Below are positions 57,453-64,000 of a DNA stretch of 64,000 nucleotides, piece by piece. Below the pieces are notes generated by a model that worked only from the letters and a program-made list of their open reading frames with translations, was not told the DNA's origin and made no database searches. How positions within the stretch are numbered: the first letter of the stretch is position 1; each line of letters opens with the position of its first letter. This DNA is from an uncultured Acidobacteriota bacterium (GTDB taxonomy: Bacteria; Acidobacteriota; Vicinamibacteria; Fen-336): assembly GCA_963720545.1 (NCBI GenBank), contig OY970399.1:3552001-3616000 (forward strand), given 5' to 3'. The position numbers were made by a program, and so were the translations under genes.

Positions 57453-58091
57453 TCAGGCGGAGGCGGCGCCCTTTGCGGAGTGGCGGTCCTTGAGCCACAT
57501 GATGAAGCCCGGCACCAGGGACAGGCCGACGACGATGGCCACGACCAGGTGGATGTTCTTCTCGATGTCGGGGATCGCGTGGCCGAGGAAAAAGCCGGTG
57601 AGCGTCATGCTCATCACCCAAAGCACCGCGCCGGTGATGTTGTAGAGCGCGAACCTGCGATAGGTCATGGTGCCGATCCCGGCAACCACCGGCGCGAAGG
57701 TGCGCACGATCGGCATGAAGCGCGCGATGATGATGGTCTTGCCGCCGTGCTTCTCGTAGAACTCGTGGGTCTTCACCAGGTGCTCGCGGCGGAAGAAGAA
57801 CGAATTCGGGCGGTTGAACAGCGCCTTGCCGGTGCGAAACCCGATCCAGTAGCCGGTCGCGTCGCCGACGATGGCGGCCGCGATCAGCGCGGCGTTGAGC
57901 CACCAGATGTTGAGCGCGCCGCGCGCGGCGAAGATGCCGGCGGTGATGAGCAGCGAGTCGCCCGGCAGGAAGAAGCCCACCATCAGCCCGGTTTCGGCGA
58001 ACACGATGAGGATGAGGCCGAGCATGCCGCCGAAGCGGATCAGCTCCGGGACGTTGTAGATGGTGCGGAAGAACGACTGGATCAGTTCCAA
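57453..58091 (-). CDS. dedA: DedA family membrane protein
   Basis: FAETGLMVGFFLPGDSLL, GDATGY and ARFMPIVRTFAP; TTG start inferred. Confidence 0.92.
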   Translation of the reverse strand: MELIQSFFRTIYNVPELIRFGGMLGLILIVFAETGLMVGFFLPGDSLLITAGIFAARGALNIWWLNAALIAAAIVGDATGYWIGFRTGKALFNRPNSFFFRREHLVKTHEFYEKHGGKTIIIARFMPIVRTFAPVVAGIGTMTYRRFALYNITGAVLWVMSMTLTGFFLGHAIPDIEKNIHLVVAIVVGLSLVPGFIMWLKDRHSAKGAASA

Positions 58092-58107
58092 CGAAGCAGG
58101 CCGCGCC

Positions 58108-58569
58108 CTAGGAGAGCCTGGCGATCTGCGCCAGCAGTTCGTCGTTGCTGCGGCTGTCGCCGAGCTGGTCCTCGACATGCGTCCAGGCGATCTTGCCCTG
58201 CTTGTCGATGAGGAAGTAGGCGCGCTTGGTGAAGAAAGCATCCTCGTCGAGGACGCCGTAGGCACGGCCGACATCGCGCTTGAAATCGGACGCCAGCTCG
58301 TGCGACATGCGGTGCTTCGCCTTCCATTCCTTGAGCGATGGCACCGAGTCGACGCTGATCGGAATCACGACGGTGCTCGCGTTCTCGAACCGCGAGTACT
58401 CGTCCGAGAAAGAGTTGTTCTGGGCCGTGCAGGTTGAGGTGAAGGCCAGCGGGAAGAAGGCGAGCAGCACGTTCTTGCTGCCCTTGAACTGGCTGAGGCT
58501 GACGGTCTCGCCGGATGTCGACTTCGCCGTGAAGTCGGGGGCATCCTGCCCGATGGTCGGTTCGTTCAT
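58108..58569 (-). CDS. 1-Cys peroxiredoxin (AhpE/BCP-like)
   Basis: GQDAPDF, FFPLAFTSTC (PxxxTxxC), SDF and RAYFLIDK. Confidence 0.9.
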   Translation of the reverse strand: MNEPTIGQDAPDFTAKSTSGETVSLSQFKGSKNVLLAFFPLAFTSTCTAQNNSFSDEYSRFENASTVVIPISVDSVPSLKEWKAKHRMSHELASDFKRDVGRAYGVLDEDAFFTKRAYFLIDKQGKIAWTHVEDQLGDSRSNDELLAQIARLS

Positions 58570-58636
58570 GGGCATCAAGGGTACTGGCGGCACGGTCGCG
58601 GGGTCAAACCGCCGGCCGGTGTAGCCTAGAAGGGTC

Positions 58637-58918
58637 ATGACACAACCTGTTGGCGATCCGAAAGAACTCGGCCGCAACGATCCCTGCCACTGCGGCTCGA
58701 AGAAAAAGTACAAGCAGTGCCACCTCGCGAAGGACGAAGAAGCGGCCCGCAAGGCGCGCGCCGCGGCGGCTTCGGCAGCGGCTGCCGCCGAGCCCGAGGC
58801 AGCCGAGGAAGACAAGAAGACCGGCCCGGCGCCGAAGAAGCAGAGCTTCCAGCCATGGCAGGGCCGCGCCGACACGCGCGGCTTCCAGAAGAAGAACTTC
58901 CAGCGCAAGTCCGGCTGA
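58637..58918 (+). CDS. Small SEC-C motif protein
   Basis: GRNDPCHCGSKKKYKQCH followed by a charged low-complexity tail. Confidence 0.85.
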   Translation: MTQPVGDPKELGRNDPCHCGSKKKYKQCHLAKDEEAARKARAAAASAAAAAEPEAAEEDKKTGPAPKKQSFQPWQGRADTRGFQKKNFQRKSG

Positions 58919-58960
58919 CGCGCCGCAGCCTCCGGCCGCCAGCAACCTCATGGCAATGAA

Positions 58961-59890
58961 GTGAGCGGTCCTGCGCCTGCGCCTGCGACGATGAAGCTCC
59001 TCGCCGCTTTCGCGGCGATCTACTTCCTCTGGGGCTCGAACTTCCTCGCCATCCGCTACGCGGCGGAAGCGATGCCGCCCTTCCTGATGATGGGCGTCCG
59101 CTGTTTGATCGCCGGCTCGATCCTGTACGCATGGGCACGCTTCAAGGAAGGCGCGCGGGCGCAGCCGGGGCAGTGGCGGCCGGCGTGGTCGGTCGGCACG
59201 CTGCTGTTCCTCGGATGCCACGGCCTGCTGGCGTGGGCCGAACAGACGGTGCCGTCGGGCATCGCCGCGCTGGTGCTCGCCACCATTCCCGTGTGGCTGA
59301 CGATCCTCGACTGGGCGAGCGGTGGCGTGCGGCCGGCCTGGCAGGCGATGCTCGGGCTGGTGCTCGGGTTTGCGGGGTTGGCGGTGCTGGTCTCCGCGCG
59401 CTCGCCCGCGGCCGGCGGCCTCGCCCTGCCGCTCGCCGGGACGCTGGTGCTGATGCTGAGCGCCTTCTGCTGGGCGGCCGGCTCCATCCTCTCGCGCCGG
59501 GTGTCGGTGCCCGAGAACCTGGTCCTGTCGAGCGGCATGCAGCTGCTCGCGGGCGGCGTGTCGCTGGTGGCCTTCGGCATGGCGATCGGCGAACCGGAGA
59601 GCGTGCACGCCGCGAGCTTCGCGCTCCGCGGCATCCTGGGCTTCGCGTACATGATCGTGTTCTCGTCGCTGATCGGCTTCACCGCCTACATGTGGCTGCT
59701 GCGGGTCTCGACGCCGACGCTCGTCGGCACCTACGCCTTCGTCAACCCGGTGGTGGCGCTGTTCGTCGGCTGGGCATTCGCCGGAGAGCCGCTCACCGCG
59801 CGCACGCTGCTCGCGACCTTCATCATCGTGGCGGGTGTCGCTATCATAGTGAGCACGCGCAAGCCGGCAGCAAAGGAGACGAAAGCATGA
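58961..59890 (+). CDS. EamA/DMT transporter
   Basis: IYFLWGSNFLAIR, VPSGIAA and TYAFVNPVVA. Confidence 0.92.
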   Translation: MSGPAPAPATMKLLAAFAAIYFLWGSNFLAIRYAAEAMPPFLMMGVRCLIAGSILYAWARFKEGARAQPGQWRPAWSVGTLLFLGCHGLLAWAEQTVPSGIAALVLATIPVWLTILDWASGGVRPAWQAMLGLVLGFAGLAVLVSARSPAAGGLALPLAGTLVLMLSAFCWAAGSILSRRVSVPENLVLSSGMQLLAGGVSLVAFGMAIGEPESVHAASFALRGILGFAYMIVFSSLIGFTAYMWLLRVSTPTLVGTYAFVNPVVALFVGWAFAGEPLTARTLLATFIIVAGVAIIVSTRKPAAKETKA

Positions 59891-60204
59891 TCGCGCGCCA
59901 ATGGAAGGGCCGAACCAGGCCGGAGCGGGCGGCTGAGTACCTCGAGTACCTGCAGGAAACGGGCGTCGCCGAGTGCCGCAAGACGCCCGGCAACCTGGGC
60001 GTCCGCATCCTGACCCGCACCGAAGGCGGCGCCGCTGAGTTCCTCTTCGTCTCCCTGTGGGAATCCTGGGACGCGATCCGGCGCTTTGCCGGCGACACAC
60101 CCGAGACCGCGGTCTACTACCCGAAGGACCGGGAATTCCTGCTCGAGCTCGAGCCGCGGGTCGAGCACTTCGAGGTGGCCGTGGACATCCACGCGCAGCG
60201 CTGA
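59887..60204 (+). CDS. Antibiotic-biosynthesis-monooxygenase-like (dimeric alpha/beta barrel) protein
   Basis: MIARQWKG...TPGNLG...SLWESWDAIRRFAG...AVYYP; ATGA overlap and AAGGAG RBS. Confidence 0.85.
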   Translation: MIARQWKGRTRPERAAEYLEYLQETGVAECRKTPGNLGVRILTRTEGGAAEFLFVSLWESWDAIRRFAGDTPETAVYYPKDREFLLELEPRVEHFEVAVDIHAQR

Positions 60205-60228
60205 GCCGCCTGCAACCCTGAGGCACCG

Positions 60229-62667
60229 GTGGGCGTCTCAGCCGCAACCATGCGTTTGTCTGGCGGACGGCCGCTGTCGACGGTGCTCGCCGTCGCGACG
60301 CTGGCGCTCGGTATCGGCAGCAGCGTCGCGCTCTTCGGCATCGTGGACGCGGTGCTGCTGCGGCCGTTCCCTTTCGCCGCTTCCGACCGGCTGGTGGCGG
60401 TGTGGGACGCGGCGCCAGCCGCCGGCATCGAGCGTTCGCGCGTCTCCGCCTTCAACTACCGGCGCTTCGTCGAGGAGGCCCATTCCTTCGATTCGATGGC
60501 GCTACTTGGCACCACCTCCGGTGCGGTGGTCGGCTTGGGCGAACCGTTCGAGGTCGATGGCATGCGCGTCACCTGCAACACCTTCGCGTTGCTCGGCGTT
60601 CCCGCGGCGCTCGGCCGCGGCCTGCTCAAAGGCGACTGCGAAGGCGCGGCACCGCGCGTCATGGTGCTGTCGTACGCGCTCTGGATAAAGCGCTTTTCGG
60701 GTTTGCCCGGCGTCGTCGGCAGCAACGTGTCGTTCGGCGGCGAGCCCATGACGGTGGTCGGCGTCCTGCCGCCGGTGCTGCTGCCGGCAGGGCTCGCCGG
60801 TGCCGGCCGCTTCATCTTCGACGACGACGCGGAGGACGTGTACGTGCCGCTTGCGCCGCTGCCGCAGAACCGCGGTCACGTGTTCGGCGTGCTCGGACGC
60901 CTGCGTAAGGACGTTGCGATCGCGGCAGCGCGCGCCGACCTCGGCAACATCGCCGACCGCCTCGCGGCCGCCGAGCCCGATTCGCACCGCAACGCCGCAG
61001 TGCGTGTCTTCCCGCTGGCCGACGAGATCGCCGGCAGCGCGCGCCGCAGCCTCGGCGCGCTCCTGGCCGCTGCGCTCGCGCTGCTCGCCGTCGCCTGCCT
61101 CAACGTCGCGCAGATCCAGCTCACCGCGGTCCTCGACCGGGAGCACGCGAGCGCGGTGCGCGCCTCGCTTGGGGCGAGCCCGCTGCAGGTGGCCAGGCCT
61201 TTCGTCGTGTCGGGCCTGGCGATCGCGGCAGCCGGCGGCGCGCTCGGCACCACCGCCGCGTTCGCCGCGCTGCGCCTGGCGTCGTCGTTCCTGCCGACCG
61301 ACCTGCCGCGGATCGGTGCCGCGGCAGTTGATGGGCGTGCGCTGGCGGTCGCTGTGGCACTGTCGCTCGGCGCCGGGTGCGCCGTCGGGCTGGTGGCCGC
61401 CTGGCGCGCCGCGCGCCGGGATCCCGTCGAATCGCTGCGCCAGGGCGCGCGCGCCGTTGTCCCCGGTGGCACCATCGGCGGGGTGCGCGGCATCCTGATG
61501 GCTGGTCAGGCGGCGTTGGCAGTCACGCTGCTCGCGAGCGCTGCCTTGCTCGGCGCCACCTTCGCGCGACTACGCCAGGTGGACACCGGATTCGATCGCG
61601 GCGAGGTACTGCTCGTCGGGCTGCGCCAGTCGCCGGCGCGCTACAACGAGCGCCACCAACTGGTCGAGTTCTACGACCGGCTCGAGCGCGAGGCAGGTGA
61701 CCTTCCTGGCGTTTTGGCGGTGGGTGCTTCGTACGATCCACCGCTGCGCTCCAACTGGTACCAGTCTTTCGAGGTGCTCGGCAGGGTCTTGTCCACTCCG
61801 GCCGCCGAGACGGGAGCGCTTTTCCGCACCGTCACCCCAGGATACTTTCGCGCCGCGGGCGTCGGCATCCTGGCGGGCCGCGGGTTCACGGACGCCGATG
61901 ACGTGGGAGCCCCCGGCGCCATCGTCGTCAACGACGCGTTTGCGCGCCAGTTTCTCGGTGCCGTTCCGGCGCTCGGACAGCAGGTCAGTCTGACCACGAC
62001 GCAGTGGCAGTGGGGCGATGTCCTGCCGCGGGTGTTCACCGTCGTTGGCATCGCCGAAAACGAGCGCATCGCGGGCATCGACGCCGAACCCGATCCTGCG
62101 TTCTACCTGCCGTACCGTCAGACGCCGCAGCACGAGATGAGCCTGCTGGTGCGCTCGAGCGGCGACGCCGCGGCGCTGCTGCCGGCGGTGACGCGCATCG
62201 TGCACGCGCTCGACCCGCAGCAGCCGGTAGCCGAGTCGGCAACCATCGCGCAGGTGGTCGACCGCGCCCTGTCGCGCCGGCGGCTCAACGCGATCCTGGC
62301 AGCCGGGTTTGCGCTCGCCGCGCTGGGCCTTGCCGCGCTCGGCGTTTCGGCAGCCCTCGCCGACACCATGGCGCGGCGGCGCCCCGAACTCGCCGTGCGG
62401 CTCGCGCTCGGCTCCTCGCCGAGGCGGCTCATCGCGTTTGCGCTCACGGAAGGCGTTCGGCCGGTGGCGGTGGGCGCCTGCGCCGGCGTCCTGGCGGCGC
62501 TCGGCGCGGGCCAGCTCGTGGCGAGCCAACTCTACGACGTGCGTCCCGCGAGCCTCGCCGTGCACCTCGGCGCACCTGCCGCGGTCCTCGCCGTTGCGAT
62601 CCTCGCCTGCCTCGGACCCGCCTGGCGCGCGTCGCGCGTCGATCCCGCGGAAGCGCTGCGGCGTTAG
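60229..62667 (+). CDS. ADOP-like duplicated ABC permease (divergent)
   Basis: TLALGIG, VLLRPFPF, ACLNVA, ELAVRLALG and RVDPAEALR. Confidence 0.88.
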   Translation: MGVSAATMRLSGGRPLSTVLAVATLALGIGSSVALFGIVDAVLLRPFPFAASDRLVAVWDAAPAAGIERSRVSAFNYRRFVEEAHSFDSMALLGTTSGAVVGLGEPFEVDGMRVTCNTFALLGVPAALGRGLLKGDCEGAAPRVMVLSYALWIKRFSGLPGVVGSNVSFGGEPMTVVGVLPPVLLPAGLAGAGRFIFDDDAEDVYVPLAPLPQNRGHVFGVLGRLRKDVAIAAARADLGNIADRLAAAEPDSHRNAAVRVFPLADEIAGSARRSLGALLAAALALLAVACLNVAQIQLTAVLDREHASAVRASLGASPLQVARPFVVSGLAIAAAGGALGTTAAFAALRLASSFLPTDLPRIGAAAVDGRALAVAVALSLGAGCAVGLVAAWRAARRDPVESLRQGARAVVPGGTIGGVRGILMAGQAALAVTLLASAALLGATFARLRQVDTGFDRGEVLLVGLRQSPARYNERHQLVEFYDRLEREAGDLPGVLAVGASYDPPLRSNWYQSFEVLGRVLSTPAAETGALFRTVTPGYFRAAGVGILAGRGFTDADDVGAPGAIVVNDAFARQFLGAVPALGQQVSLTTTQWQWGDVLPRVFTVVGIAENERIAGIDAEPDPAFYLPYRQTPQHEMSLLVRSSGDAAALLPAVTRIVHALDPQQPVAESATIAQVVDRALSRRRLNAILAAGFALAALGLAALGVSAALADTMARRRPELAVRLALGSSPRRLIAFALTEGVRPVAVGACAGVLAALGAGQLVASQLYDVRPASLAVHLGAPAAVLAVAILACLGPAWRASRVDPAEALRR

Positions 62668-62707
62668 ACTCGCCGCACGATTTCTTCGCCAGAAAGAGGA
62701 GGAGCGC

Positions 62708-63775
62708 ATGGGCCGCATCGCGTGGGCCGTTGCCTTGGTCGTCTCCGGGTCACTCGCCGCCACCGCATCCGCCGCCGCCGACGGACCGCTCACGGTCGGC
62801 AGCGTCACCGCCGCGCCGGGTGAGAAGAAGACCGGCGTCATCGAGGTGCCCGCCGGCTCGGACGCCGGCACCAGCATTCCGATCACCGTCGTGAACGGCG
62901 CGCAGCCGGGGCCGGTGCTGGCGCTCTTCGCGGGCACGCACGGCTACGAGTACACCTCGATCATGGCGCTGCCTAAGGTCGCGGCGCAGCTCGATCCGGC
63001 GAAGATGAAGGGCGCCGTTATCCTGGTGCACATGGTGTCGCCGGTGACCTTCTACGGCCGCCTGATCTACCGCGGTCCCGACGGCAAGAACCAGAACCGC
63101 GTCTATCCGGGCGACAAGGCCGGCACGATCAGCGACCGCATCGCCGAGCGGCTGACGGCCGAGGTGATCGACAAGGCAACCCACGTTGTCGACATGCACT
63201 GCGGCGACGGCAACGAATCCCTGCGGCCCTATTCGTATTGGGCGGTCATCGGCGATCCCAAGCTCGACGAAGCCACGCGCCAGATGAACATCGCCTTCGG
63301 CCTGCCCTACATCGTGGTGACCCGCGACCGCACCAAGGATCCGGCGAAGAGCCTCTACACCGACAACACCGCGCTGATGCGCGGCAAGCCCGCGATGACC
63401 GCGGAATCGGGCGGCATGGGGCTGACCGACGAGCAGTCGGTCGCGGCGCAGGTTGCGGGCGCCCTCAGCGTGGCCGCGCACCTTGGCATCCAGGCCGGTC
63501 CCTCGGCGCGCACCGGCAAGCCGATGTGGATCGACAAGTCCGAGATCGTGACGGCGCCGGTCACCGGCGTGTTCGTCGCGGCGGTAGAGAAGGCGAAGCC
63601 GGTGGCGGCCGGCGCGATCCTCGGCCGCATCTACGATCCCTACGGCTCGCTGCTCGCGGAGGTGAAGGCGCCGTTCGCCGGCGAAGTGCTCTACGTCATC
63701 GGCACCCCGCCGCTCAGCAAGGGCGAGCCGGTCGCCTACATCGGCGAAGTGAGCGCGACCGAACCAAAGCCGTAG
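62708..63775 (+). CDS. Secreted succinylglutamate desuccinylase/aspartoacylase (M14-like) protein
   Basis: AGTHGYE, NQNRVYPG, DMHCGD and AESG; GAGGAGG RBS. Confidence 0.88.
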   Translation: MGRIAWAVALVVSGSLAATASAAADGPLTVGSVTAAPGEKKTGVIEVPAGSDAGTSIPITVVNGAQPGPVLALFAGTHGYEYTSIMALPKVAAQLDPAKMKGAVILVHMVSPVTFYGRLIYRGPDGKNQNRVYPGDKAGTISDRIAERLTAEVIDKATHVVDMHCGDGNESLRPYSYWAVIGDPKLDEATRQMNIAFGLPYIVVTRDRTKDPAKSLYTDNTALMRGKPAMTAESGGMGLTDEQSVAAQVAGALSVAAHLGIQAGPSARTGKPMWIDKSEIVTAPVTGVFVAAVEKAKPVAAGAILGRIYDPYGSLLAEVKAPFAGEVLYVIGTPPLSKGEPVAYIGEVSATEPKP

Positions 63776-63821
63776 CCAGCCCTTCGCTCACGAGTCCCGC
63801 ATTGCTGGGACAATAGGAAGG

Positions 63822-64000
63822 ATGACAACGAGCTCGTGCCTTCTGTTGGCAGTCGCCCTGGCACTGGGTGAAGCCGCGTGCGGCCGTTCCACCGAGCGCC
63901 GCTATCCGTTGATGGGCGTCGTCCAGGAGCTGCAGCCGGAAACGGGCAAGGTAGTGGTGAGCCACGGCGACATCCCGGGCTTCATGCCGGCGATGATCAT
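63822..64000 (+). CDS. CusF-like copper-binding lipoprotein (possibly a CusF-SCO fusion), partial
   Basis: Not in the ORF track. Manual translation gives MTTSSCLLLAVALALGEAACGRSTERRYPLMGVV...VVVSHGDIPGFMPAMI, matching the CusF HxxIPxxMxAMxM pattern. Confidence 0.8.
   Translation, partial: MTTSSCLLLAVALALGEAACGRSTERRYPLMGVVQELQPETGKVVVSHGDIPGFMPAMI

Noticed and set aside
63714..63965. 83-aa minus-strand ORF
   Set aside because: It is antisense to the CusF-like gene starting at 63822 on the plus strand.

Overview
High-GC (roughly 70% by eye), gene-dense chromosomal window of about 48 CDSs. Four tandem-duplicated MacB/FtsX-type 'orphan' ABC permeases (ADOP-like) suggest an Acidobacteriota genome (inference). 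I found no rRNA, tRNA, CRISPR array, prophage or classical transposase. Main blocks: (1) 1-13.4 kb: SKI2-like helicase, nitrilase, MFS, enolase-superfamily enzyme, GIY-YIG, YihY, and a minus-strand run of methyltransferase, B12 radical SAM, sulfatase-like and duplicated-domain genes. (2) 13.4-40 kb: a large oxidative (3-keto) glycoside-catabolism-like locus with two GMC plus subunit-3 pairs, three TIM-barrel isomerase-like proteins, DUF1080, Gfo/Idh/MocA, cytochrome c, an MFS and a TonB receptor. It is interrupted by an ADOP permease with a sigma54-like promoter, a block of SGNH/GT-C membrane genes, and an HNH cassette. (3) 40-64 kb: a TM0106-family nuclease-helicase, three more ADOP permeases, and housekeeping/transport genes. 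The most unusual element is the 2.2-kb HNH cassette (32.9-35.1 kb): a DUF222-like/HNH gene with two upstream hairpin repeats, a perfect 18-bp palindrome just after the HNH motif, and a degenerate ~50/101-bp tandem array starting at its stop codon. Other non-coding signals are a 17-bp array behind the TonB-receptor terminator, a perfect 26-bp palindrome, and many apparently leaderless genes. All product calls come from motif recognition by eye, not from database searches.
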